NCBI GenBank assembly: GCA_950097015.1
Contig: CATNEN010000039.1
Location: 18,104,001 to 18,168,000 of the forward strand
Direction: 5' to 3'
DNA: 64,000 nucleotides
Source of the DNA: Macrostomum hystrix
Taxonomy: Eukaryota > Animalia > Platyhelminthes
Numbering within the stretch: position 1 is the first letter of the stretch; each line of letters opens with the position of its first letter. A model generated the notes under the pieces. That model did not search any database. It saw nothing but the letters and a program-made list of their open reading frames with translations, and was not told the DNA's origin. Made by a program: the position numbers and the translations under genes. Shown one piece after another: positions 25,229 to 36,155 of this stretch.

Positions 25229-28200
25229 ATGCGCTTGAATCTCCTGTTTAGACTTTCGTTCGGTAAGAAACACCTTGCTATTTTATTGCATATTTAAATT
25301 GTTGTATTCTTGAAGTAACGAATACAGAGATTCCAATTGTAGTGTTGGTAAATGTAAGTATAGCGCCGAAAGGAGCACTCGGCAGTCGACTGGATAAGCG
25401 TATATTTGTAACAGCAGTATTATTAAATACTGGAAAGGTTCTTGAGTGTGTGCACCGCGCGGGGGTTTCTATTTATAGCCTGGGGAGCGAGTGGGAGAAC
25501 TTTCTAGAAAGTTCTCATAGATAGCCCGCGGGGGAAGCGCAGAGAAGATTCTGGAAACAACAGAGTGTTATAGCAAGTGGTAGAAAGTTCTAGAAAACTA
25601 TTTACGGAATTATCGTAACGAAACCCACAACATAAATAGCTATGATGCCTATAGCTATTTTCTGGTTTATGCCTATAGTAAAAAGTTATTACTAATTACC
25701 TTTTATGATTGTAATTCTATAAATTTTAACTCTTTAAATGTAACACTAGCTAGGTTTAGCGTTGTAGCTAAAGTTATTGTAAAATTATTAGTATATGTCA
25801 ATGCTTTTTCTAAGAATTAAATGCCTTTATAAAAGCTAGCTAATAATTATATTTTTATATGTATTTTTTACATTACATTACATTACCTTAAGGTTTACAA
25901 ATGGGTCTACATTACATTCTTTGGCAATGTTCTACTTCCGTTTGTTATATTATTTTTTTTGTTTGCAAATGACATATAACAACAAAAAAACAAGTTTAAC
26001 GGTCACAAAAAGTCTGTAGTTTGGTCAGACAATTCTGAAAAGTCTTGGTCAGTCTTTCTTCTTTCAAACCGGCCCAGGTAAGTGCCTAATCTAGTAGAGG
26101 AGGGCACCAAAGCTATTCTTGGGGTATAGATAGCCCCATAAGAATTCTTCAAGGTGGCTTTCGAATAGAGCAGCACTCATGCCATGCAATTGATGCAGCT
26201 TGGCCTTCGCAAAATCTTCAGCTGCAGAATTTCTGTGCCTTAGCTTCCTGTCCCCCATATTTGCCAGTTTTTGCCATAGACATTGATCCAAGTGTCAAGT
26301 CACGGAAAAGCCACGTCAGCACAGCTTTTCAAACTCAGAGTCATACATGCGCAACCTCCCAAATCTTAGCCGGCCGTGCGACTTAGTTTTTGCTCTCATT
26401 TGCGACTTAGTTTGTTTCATTGCTCTATTTACGACTTAGTTTGCTCTCATTTGCTCTCTTTTTCTCTCCCCTTTTTCCTTTTCTTCACGCCTTCCTTTTT
26501 TGTCCCTTGGTCCCCCCTTTGATTTTTTTGCCCTTGGTCAATTGGTTTTTGCGACTTACCTTGCTTGGCCCTCGTTTCACCCGGCCGGTTCGGCCGGGTC
26601 GGCCGGGTGTTGCGCATGTATGCTCAGAATGCATGTGTGGCACAAATTCAAATGAAAAAATATTATAACAAATGGAATTAGAATATTGCCCATTCTTTTG
26701 TGTATATTTTTAGGTAGTTGTTATTTGTCTGGTTAACCGGTTAACCACCTAAGGACTTAATTTCTCCCCTTTCAATGAGCAGGAGCAACAATCCTCCCAA
26801 AGACCACTCTTGCCCTGCTGAGAGCCATCTTGAGTCTTGACCTCACAAAGACCAAACTATACCCTTGAACTAAGTTAGTCCCTGAAACAACCAAATTTCT
26901 GGAAAAGGTTTTAATTTTTTAATTAACTGATAAGAAAAAAAATTTGAGACACAAACTTCAAATCTGAATGACTGTCCTTTTGCAGCTTGGTAATTATTTT
27001 ATCTTACAAATGATAGAGGTTCTCGTGGTAGTGCTACAATCCCTTATAACTTAGTTATAAGTTATAACTCAGTTAACCGGATGAATAATTAAGCAGCTAT
27101 TTGTCCAGTTAACAAGATGAATAATCAAATGGCTATTTGTCCAATTAACCGGACAAATAACAACTACCATATTTTAACCTCAAAGTTTAATACCAGACTT
27201 AAAGCCTTCTGTGAAGCTCAAGGTGGATAAAATGCACATATAGTCACTACTTACTAGTCACAAAAAAAGAATGGTTGGTAAAACAAAATATTGCCTTTGT
27301 TTTACTGTTTATTTATCCTATTTTAAAATCGTTTTAACTTATGTGTGCAAAATTAACATTTTTGTGTGCACTCTAGCCTTTCTTTTTTCTAGCTTGCAGA
27401 AAACATGATCCAGACTGTGTTTGTGAAAACTGAAAAGAGCTAATTGCTTATCTAGTAATATATAACATGACATACATGTGCAACACCATGCCAACCTGGC
27501 CGAACTGGCTGGGTGAAATGAGGGCCAAGCAAGGTAAGTCGCAAGAACCAATCAACCAAGCGCAAAAAATCAAAGGGGGGACCAAGGAACAAAAAAGGAA
27601 GGCGTGAAGAAGAGGAAAAAGGGGAGAGAAAAAGAGAGCAAATGAGAGCAAACTAAGTTGTAAATAGAGCAAAAACTAAGTCCCACAGCTGGCTAAGATT
27701 TGGGAGGTTGCACATGTATGTAACATGATATATTAATAAAAACTGAATAGTTTTGAATGGACAGAACAGAAGTAGGTAGATATAAATGAATTGTAATTTT
27801 GTTTTGATTCTTAACTGTGTCATTTAAGCCCAATTAAGGTTTGTGTTATGCTGCTTACTTTGAAGTTAGTAACACTAGATGATATTAGTACTTGTAAGTA
27901 TGTAGTTCGAAATATATTTTATAATGTAATACTACTTTTGATTTATGTCATTTGCCTTTTTGCCATTATTGGGAACTCCCCTATTGGTTAATAGCTGCCA
28001 GGTCAAGTTTCCTGGTTCCAAGTGACTTCTGGTCAAGAATTTGAATTGCATGTGCAAGAAAGAAATGGACATGTGCAACTAAACACTTTGATCTGTGATC
28101 TTACTTTCTTTAAGAAACTCAAACTTATATATGTAGATAACTGTCATGAAAAGTTAAGGAGTAAATGAATTAGTAAGTACATAAATAAAATGAAGTTGAC

Positions 28201-31200
28201 ATTAAAACCTCTACTTTTATTTTACATGCTACTATGAGTAGTGAGTTATCTCTAGTAAACATTTTCTAGTAATGTAATGGAAATGAATTGTCATTTGGAC
28301 AAGAATGGTCCTGATCTAGTTATGAACATCATTTTTTTCTAATCTAATGTTAAAAGGGAAGTATTGATTCTTGGAACTGTAGTAACTTCAATTTTTTGCT
28401 TGCCTACCATAATTTCAAACCATAGGCCAAGCATCTTCATTGGCATCAGTAGCCTCAGCATCAGCGGCATTGTCACCAAGCCTTCAACTCGCCGGCGCCG
28501 GTGCCAGATGTCGACGCAATGTGCACAGCTCTGGCCAATTATTGAAACGTGATTATTACGAAGTGCTCGGCGTAGCCAGGAAAGCTACTCAGAAGGATAT
28601 TAAAAAGGCCTATTATGAGCTGGCCAAGAAGCATCACCCGGATGTTAATAAAAATGATCCAACGGCGGCTAAAAAATTTCAAGAGGTCTCCGAAGCCTAC
28701 GAAGTTCTCTCCGACGAGGGCAAGCGTAAGCAATATGACACATTCGGCATGCACGGTCCCCAGAGCCAGCATCAGCATCCGGGTGCTGGCAGCGGCGGCG
28801 GCAGCGGCTTCTCCGGCTTTGAAAACTATCGCGGCTCAATCGACCCGGAGGAGCTGTTCAGGAGGATATTTAGGTTTTGGATTAGATTTATTTCTGAACT
28901 ATTGCATTGCTTTCTTTGTGTTAAATTCCTCTCTCTTGTTCAGATTGGGGTTTTCCCTATTTTCCCATGCTCATATTTAAGATTTCCCACTCTCCAATCT
29001 TCAGATTCATGCATTTCTCACTCTCCCGTGCTTCATGTTTGGTATTCCCACTTCCCCGTGCTCAAATTTGGGATATCCCACTCTCCCGTGCTCATACTTC
29101 CTATTTTCCCATGTCCATTTTTGGAATTTCCTACTCTCCTATGTTCAGATTTGGGATTCCCCCACTCTCCCGTGCTCATTTTGGGATTCCCCCACCCTCC
29201 CGTGCTCATTTCAAAATTCCCCACTCTCACGTTCTTCAACGCCTATTCTTTCCTGCCTGTATTTTTTTATCGGAGTTTTCCCTCTTTGGAAACTTTGGTT
29301 TGGGCGCCCCCCCAACGCTTGAAAAGGCGTTGTACTTACTCTATAGCGTCAATTACATGTCTTTATGCTACTAACTACATTTTTAAGCATATTAATCAAC
29401 AACTTGCAGAGACGCCGGCTTCGATTTTAGTCGAGGCGCTGGCGCCGGTGGTACGGAGTCTACTGAAAACATATTTGGCTACGCCCCCGCCAGGTAATTT
29501 TCTCTTTAACTCTGTGATAAATCGAATGCTATGACAGTAAGGTTCACTATTGACTAGTAGTAACATGGATTCACACCAACAGAGAGGTAACGCTGAACCT
29601 CACATTCGAAGAGGCAGCGAGAGGTGTCAACAAAGAAATTACAGTTGGCGTTAAAGACACCTGCGCCAGGTGCTCCGGCAACGGCAGCGAACCTGGCTCT
29701 AAGCCTACAGTCTGCCCACAGTGCAACGGAACAGGTGAGCTTGTAAACATTTTCTTATTCTTTAATTCTCCTTAACTAATACTAGACCGTTATGTCGTGT
29801 GCAATTTTGAAACAGCCCCGCCGCAATTTCTTTTTAAGCAACATGATTGCGCCATATCTATTTTTAGTATCTCTTAATTAACAGTCATTTCTATTTTTAG
29901 AAGCATATCTAGTTTTAGAATTATTATTGCGTCATATCTATTTTAAGAAACAGTCTATAAAATCTATTTATAGCCTCTCTTAAAATCGAATTGCTTTATA
30001 TGTTGCTCATTTAATTCCACAGGCGTAGAGTCGCTAACAACCGGAGCCTATTTCATGCGCACCACTTGTCGCCGATGCGGAGGCGCCAGACAGATTGTGC
30101 GCAATCCGTGCGTAGATTGCCGCGGCGCCGGCCAAACAGCGCAGCGCAAGCGGCTAGTCATCCCGGTGCCAGCCGGTGTTGAGGCCGGGCAGACACTGCG
30201 GGTGCCTGTAGGACGACAGGAGATCTGGGTCACCATTCAGGTGAGTCCGTTTTTTAGTCTAAATTTTTCCGCGGTAAATGTTAACTTTGAATTCTAATTG
30301 TAAAGCTGTTAATTTTTATTTCAGGTCGAACGAAGTCGTCATTTTCGTCGCGAGGGCGCCGACATTCACTCGGACGTCGACGTGTCGATTAGTCAGGCAG
30401 TTTTAGGCGGCAAAGTTCGAGTTCCAGGTCTCTACGAGGACCTGACGATCGCCATTCCGCCTGGCACAGGTTCGCACGAACGCATTCGCCTGCCCGGCAA
30501 AGGCATCGCCAGATTTAACTCGTTCGGCTACGGCGATCATTACATTCACGTTCGGGTTCGGGCGCCTCGACGCCTGACGGAGGCCCAGCGGGCCCTGATG
30601 CTCGGCTTCGCCGAATTTGAGGGACCGGCCGACCGGACCAGGGGCAGCATCGATGGCGTCACGCAGATGTCCGAGTCAGGTGAACACTTTGATCAGACGA
30701 TTATTCTTCTAGGAGATATTTAGAATGTCCTGAAAGATATCCATAGCATCCTGAAGAATTTCTGGAGCTTCCTAAAGAATATCCATAGCATCCTGAATGT
30801 CCTGAAGTTGATCCTGAAGTTGATCCTGAATGTCCTGAGGTTGATCGTGAATGTTCTAAAGTTGATATTGTATGTCCTGAGGTTGATCCTGAATGTTCTG
30901 AAGTTGATCCTGAATGTTCTGAAGGCGATCCTAAATGTCCTGAATTTGATCCTGAATGTCCTGAAGTTGATCCTGAATGTTCTGAAGTTGATCCTGAATG
31001 TCCTGAAGTTGATCCTGAATGTCCTGAAGTTGATCCTGAATGTTCTGAAGGCTATCTAGAGTGTCCGGAAAAAGATTTTCTCTAGATAGAAGGATGTTAT
31101 TCAAATTTTTGGTGAGGCTATCATGATATTGAAAATGAAAATAATAGTTATGAATTCTCGCATTTCAGACTCATTCCAAGCCATCGACACAACTGAAAAT

Positions 31201-31377
31201 TTCCTCCTATCGCAACTCAAGGGGGTCATTGCACAGAATCTACAATCTGCCTCTTCTAAGAAGGCCGGCGACGCCTCTTCTAAAAGCGGCAATAGTGATG
31301 GCAGCAAGGCTACCGCGGACAATTCTGAGTCTACTGTAGACAATCAGGAGAAGGCTACTGCTTCTAAGAAGGGTTAA
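25229..31377 (+). CDS. DNAJA3: Mitochondrial type I DnaJ/Hsp40 co-chaperone (Tid1), ~499 aa, 7 exons
   Basis: Exons 25229..25262, 28426..28873, 29410..29493, 29583..29734, 30023..30240, 30325..30679, 31169..31377 are phase-consistent. Contains an Arg/Leu/Ser-rich presequence, J domain ([11 protein letters not shown]), G/F region with [11 protein letters not shown], four CxxCxGxG-type motifs and a DnaJ C-terminal domain (GYGDHYIH). Confidence 0.93.
25353..25632 (-). mobile_element. Probable solo LTR (280 bp) carrying heat-shock elements, in DNAJA3 intron 1
   Basis: TG...CA termini flanked by a 4-bp direct repeat TAAA; minus-strand TATAAATA at 25470-25477; GC-richer than its flanks. Confidence 0.55.
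25470..25596 (-). promoter_or_regulatory. TATA box plus three heat-shock elements (alternating nGAAn/nTTCn)
   Basis: GAGAACTTTCTAGAAAGTTCTC (25495-25516, 4 perfect units), AGAAGATTCTGGAAA (25543-25557), AGAAAGTTCTAGAAA (25582-25596). Confidence 0.75.
25923..26690 (-). mobile_element. Non-autonomous Merlin (IS1595/ISXO2-like) DNA transposon with a transposase C-terminal relic
   Basis: Imperfect ~35-40 bp TIRs beginning GGCAAT; exact 8-bp TSD CATTCTTT; internal minus-strand peptide [25 protein letters not shown] resembles the ISXO2/Merlin C-terminal HG..F..xLxEFxW motif. Confidence 0.75.
26342..26622 (+). mobile_element. hAT-type MITE, copy 1, nested in the Merlin element
   Basis: 14-bp TIR CATACATGCGCAAC/GTTGCGCATGTATG; 8-bp TSD CTCAGAGT/CTCAGAAT. 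Confidence 0.85.
26713..27168. mobile_element. MITE, probably Mutator-like
   Basis: TIR GGTAGTTGTTATTTGTC(T/C)GGTTAA at both ends; 9-bp flanking repeat ATATTTTTA/ATATTTTAA. Confidence 0.7.
27471..27720 (-). mobile_element. hAT-type MITE, copy 2, inverted relative to copy 1
   Basis: TIR CATACATGTGCAAC/GTTGCACATGTATG; exact 8-bp TSD TAACATGA; body is the reverse complement of 26342-26622. Confidence 0.88.
28945..29232. repeat. Degenerate ~27-30-bp repeat (TTCCCACTCTCCCGTGCTCAT core) in DNAJA3 intron 2
   Basis: Recurrent degenerate units. Confidence 0.7.
30725..31062. repeat. Minisatellite, 21-bp unit CTGAAGTTGATCCTGAATGTC, in DNAJA3 intron 6
   Basis: Tandem periodicity. Confidence 0.92.
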
Positions 31378-31549
31378 AGTACTCCTGAAATTATCTATCT
31401 AATATCGATCAGTTCTGTATAATTAGATATATTTGTGGCTTTATCTACGAAAACGCTTAATTGGTCTTTGTTTGTAGCTATAGTAACGAAAAAACTAATA
31501 AAGATTATTGAAGAGACTAGGGATCTTTTTTGGTAGTGATAATTGTAAA

Positions 31550-31905
31550 AACTGGGATCATTGTAGAGAGTATCGGATCATTATACAGAGTATGGGATCA
31601 TTTTAGACAGTATGGGATCATTTTACAGAGTGTGGGATCATTTTACAGAGTATGGGATCATTTTACAAAGTATGGGATCATTTTACAGAGTATGGGATCA
31701 TTTTACAAAGTATGGGATCATTTTACAAAGTATGGGATCATTTTACAGAGTATGGGATCATATTACAAAGCATGGGATCATTTTACAAAGTATGGGGTCA
31801 TTTTACAAAGTATGGGATCATTTAGACAGTATGGGATCATTTTAGACAGTATGGGATAACTTTAGAGAGTATGGGATCATTTTAGACTAAGTAGGATCAT
31901 TTGGA
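31550..31905. repeat. Minisatellite, 20-bp unit GTATGGGATCATTTTACAGA
   Basis: About 17 copies downstream of the DNAJA3 poly(A) signal AATAAA near 31497. Confidence 0.93.
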
Positions 31906-32444
31906 CACTAGTGGATTAATAGCGAATGCAGGTAAAAACATGTAGCTTTGGGCTGATATAGTTCTTGCTATAGATATTCTGAATATTCTACTTGTATGAG
32001 TAGGATGTAGCAATTTCGAAGATTCAAGAATCGCCATTTCAGAACAGGGTATTTTTTGCTTCATGTTAATCTGGTATTTTCAGTTCCATTTTGCACTTAG
32101 TCTTTGCTACTATCGTAACGAAAAATCTTTTTGAACAAACATCAATATCAAGGTGTGCAAGATCATTTTGTTGTGAAACCATGAATAGAAGAAAAATAGT
32201 TTGTTTATTTCATTCTGGCGAGCATGTTTTATGCCGCCTTATTGAATGTTCGCGTGTTGACGCTCGAGATCAAAATTGAAACGACATTCCTTTGACTTTA
32301 TTTGACTGTCTTATTGCTTCTAAAACTGTTTTATAGTTCTTATATGTAGTCTTTTTTATATAGATTAAACTCCGTGACAGCTGATAGTGAAATTCTGTCC
32401 GAGATTGAGACACAGAATTGAGGTAGACAGATAAAGAGAAGGAT

Positions 32445-32653
32445 GGGAGATAGGCGAGAGACTGGGGGAGAAAGGCGAGAGAGACTGGGGGAGAAAGGCG
32501 AGAGAGACTGCGGGAGAAAGGCGAGAGACTGGGGGAGAAAGGCGAGAGAGACTGGGGGAGAAAGTAGAGAGAGACTGCGGGAGAAAGGCGAGAGACTGGG
32601 GGAGAAAGGCGAGAGACGGGGAGAAAGGCGAGAGAGACTGGGGGAGAAAGGCG
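32445..32653. repeat. Purine-rich minisatellite (GAGAGACTGGGGGAGAAAGGC)
   Basis: About 9 copies. Confidence 0.88.
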
Positions 32654-32873
32654 ATCATTCGGGGGTCACTTCGGTTCGGTTACGGTCATTTGGGGATAAT
32701 TTTGGCCATAGACAGTCTGAATTGAATTTCTTTGTTTCAATAGAAAGGGTCTTTGTTTTTACCTCCTATTTTGTTCAATACTTTGTTCAAAATAGGAGGC
32801 AAAATTATGTATTCGGTTTGTTTTACCTGTCTACTGCTAATCCCTTTTCGAACACGCATAGTTGCCGCAGGAA

Positions 32874-34379
32874 TTAGAAGCTTTCATAACCGGTCCTTAG
32901 CTCGCCAAGCACCCAGTCAATGTCCCCTTCGAATAGTTGTCGAACCTCGGATGTCCAAACGCCAGTGTGGCCAACAACGGCAGCCACGGACTCCAGAAAT
33001 GGCCGCCTAATGAGCTGAAAGTGCTCAACTTCGAAGCCGCAGAATAGGCGGTGCGTCTTGCCGATGCTGCGCAATCGATCCGACACGTCGAAGTCGCCTT
33101 CATCGTCAGCGTCGCCATCGCCTTGATTCTCGACTGCGACGCCGCTGTCGCCACCGCCACTGATGGCCGAGTCGAGCAGGGACATCACCTTGGCGGCGTG
33201 ACGACGGAGGTGTGGATTCACCGCGTTGATTTCCGCATTGGCGGCGTCATCATCGCCACTGTGGGATTCGGGTGGGATCCCATTCAGTTTTAGTGTGACC
33301 CCATTCTGTGTGAGGTGTGATCCCATTCTGTGTGAGGTGGGATCCCATTCTGTGTGAGGTGAGATCCCATTCTGTGAGGTGAGATCCCATTCTGTGTGAG
33401 GTGAGATCCCATTCTGTGTGAGGTGAGATCCCATTCTGTGAGGTGGGATCCCATTCTGTGTGAGGTGGGATCCCATTCTGTGTGAGGTGTGATCCCATTC
33501 TGTGTGAGGTGTGATCCCATTCTGTGTGAGGTGTAATCCCATTCTATGTGAGGTGTAATCCCATTCTATGTGAGGTGTGATTCCATTCTATGTGAGGTGG
33601 GATCCCATTCTGTGTGAGGTGGGATCCCATTCTGTGTGAGGTGGGATACCATTCTGTGTGAGGTGGGATCCCATTCTGTGTGAGGTGGGATCCCATTCTG
33701 TGTGAGTTGGGATCCCATTCTGTGTGAGGTGGGATCTTATTCTGTGTGAGGTGGGATCCCATTCAGTTTTAGTGTGACTCCATTCTGTATGAGGTATGAC
33801 CCCATTCTGTGTGAGGTGAGATCCCATTCAGTTTTATTGTGATCCCATTCTGTGTGAGGTGAAATCCCATTCTGTGTGAGGTGTGATCCCATTAAGTTTT
33901 AGTGTGATCCCATTCAGTTTTAGTGTGATCCCATTCTGTGTGAGATGAAATCCCATTCTTTGTGAGGTGTGATCCGATTCTTTATGAGGTGTGATCCCAT
34001 GTACGAGCTAGTTTAAGGTGTGATCCCATTTTGTTTCCAAGCCTTTGTTCTCATTCCAAAGAGTCGGGCAAACTGCAGCGTCTCACCCATGCCGCAGGCT
34101 GTCGCTCTGATCATTGTAGAAGCTACGAAACAGGCCCAGCAGGTCTGGCGTTCTTTGAAACATCCGAAGAAACATGTCAACGCCGACATCCGTTGACCGA
34201 CGCCGCACCATCGACCAGGCCAACAGCTGTCTGTGTCGATTGCTGTTTAAGCTCTCTTCGCCCACTGGTGTCTTGCTCTCGCTGCTGCCGTCGGGAGCAT
34301 CGGCGGCCAACGACTGCGTCTGCGGATGTCTAGCACTGCAGGAGACCCACGCTACGCCAGTGGATGCTGTACAACCCAT
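32874..34379 (-). CDS. Globin with N-terminal acylation motif (globin X-like), ~225 aa, 2 exons
   Basis: Exons complement(34087..34379, 32874..33258) join through a phase-2 GT..AG intron. Begins MGCTAS; has A-helix Trp (LAWSMV), B helix GVDMFLRMF, C/CD1 PDLLGLF, distal His (RRHAAKVM), proximal His (IGKTH) and H helix (WTSEVRQLF). Confidence 0.88.
33262..34030. repeat. Minisatellite, 22-bp unit GATCCCATTCTGTGTGAGGTGG, filling the globin intron
   Basis: About 34 copies. Confidence 0.96.
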
Positions 34380-34914
34380 GCTGATGTCGAGAAGAAGTTT
34401 TCTATTCCAATTCTTAAGCTGCTCTTCAATAACCCTGGAATCCAGATGACTGCACCAGTCTAGTGACAAGAGAAACTTTCTAGATGTTATATCGTATTGA
34501 ATTATATCTCTCACTCAGATTATGATTCGCGGCCAGCGAGCCAATCGATGATGACAGCTAACGGGGCCTGAGTAGAGCTCTCTGTTCGTAGCACTTTGAG
34601 ACTGCACTCAATTCGGTTTTGAGTGTCTTATAGTTGGCAAATTGAAGGTAATTGAAGGGAATTTTAATTCTTTCTATTTTAGTGAGGGATTAGTGCCGCA
34701 TCCACCTCTGCGTTGACCATCTGCCATTCCCGTCTGCCTCCTCCGCGCCTTCTTCCTCTAGTTCCTGGTCTGTTGATCCATCCAGCGAATCGTCACCAGT
34801 AGAAAAATCTTCGTCGGAGGATTCCATTCAAAAGAAAGTAAATAAGGCCCGAAAATGAGCTGCATACACCAAATTTTTCTGGTGTTGCGGCAGCCTGCAC
34901 ACCACTTCCATTTA

Positions 34915-36155
34915 CACTCAGCAACATTTAAAACGCAATACTCTAACTAGAAGAAAAATCAACTCACTCAGAAGAGTCAAAGCGCATAGTCTATGGTTCA
35001 AATCGAGCTTCAGAAACGCGTGTAGCCTCCTCTCGCAAGTAACAGGGCGTTGACTCGACGTGGCATTCCCAGAACAAGGCGTCGAAAAAAGTCCTGGGGA
35101 ATTTCCTGCCACGCGTTAGCAACAGCGTTTCGCAGTTCAGCGACTGTCTGCGGCGGATTCTGCCGTTGAACACTCCGCTTGATAAAGGCCCAGACATGTT
35201 CAATTGGGTTCATATCAGGGGATCTTGAAGGCCACCGAAGATGCAGTTTGCAGTTTGCGACGCCACCAAAGTGGTTGTTAACAAAAGGGAGCAGATGCGT
35301 CTGCAGCAAACGAGCGTACTCATCGCCGTTCACGTTTGCGTCTAAGAAAACCAGCTGGGTCCTGCCTCGCATTGAAATCCCTGCCCACACGTGTACGGAG
35401 GGTCCCTGCCCATCGCAGCTTTGCACGTGCTGCTGCAGAAGCTCTTGCCGTGGCTCACGCCAGACGCGAATTCGACCATCACTGCGAAAAAGACGAAACC
35501 GACTCTCGTCTGTAAAGATAACGCGCTGCCACTGTCCTTGCCGCCAGTGCGCCCGCTGCATGGCCCACAGTTCCCTGTTAGCGACATGTGCAGGACTCAG
35601 GCGCGGCCTCCTCCGCATTTTTCTTGACCGCAATCCTGCAGCGTGAATCCTGCGGCGAATCGTCTGCGCGCTGAGAACGTTGCCTCTGCGCTTCTCTCTG
35701 CCCACATCAATCGCAGGAGTGTGGCAGGCAGTGTGGGGTTTCCACGCACTATTCTCAGCAGGCGTCGATCTGCCCTCGCTGTTGTACTGCGAAGTTGGTG
35801 AAGCACCGTACCTTTTCACGCGTGAGCCACGCTTCCAGTGGCTCTGCTCTTCTGTAGCAGACGTAAAACTGTTGAAGGCGACCTCCCGAAGTGGTTCGCA
35901 ACTGTTCGAAGAGTACAACCTGCTTCCAACATTCCGACTGCTCGCCATCTTTCCGCGTCTGTCATCTGTTGAACCATTCTCTCAGCTGGATCACTCTGTC
36001 TGAAAACAGTCCATAGTCATCGCCCTGTTACTTGCGAGAGGAAGCTACACGCGTTTCTGAAGCTCGATTTGAACCATAGACTATGCGCTTTGACTCTTCT
36101 GGGTGAGTTGATTTTTCTTCTAGTTAGAGTGTTGCGTTTTAAATGTTGCTGAGTG
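34915..36155 (-). mobile_element. Tc1/mariner DNA transposon (defective)
   Basis: 141-bp TIRs (34915-35055 and 36015-36155) beginning CACTCAGC; TA target duplication on both sides; internal Tc1 transposase. Confidence 0.95.
35010..35977 (-). pseudogene. Disrupted Tc1-family transposase
   Basis: HTH start MVQQMTDAERWRAVGMLEAG.. (ATG 35977) has an in-frame TGA and a later frameshift. VIFTDESRF and WPSRSPDMNPIEHVW are present but the segment with the second catalytic Asp (DNAxxH) is missing. Confidence 0.88.

Noticed and set aside
28874-29409. C-terminal part of the 364-aa ORF 28440-29534
   Set aside because: Read-through into DNAJA3 intron 2; the true frame resumes at 29410.
35010-35948. 312-aa ORF as an intact transposase
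   Set aside because: Its N-terminus is out of frame with the real HTH region and the second catalytic Asp segment is missing.
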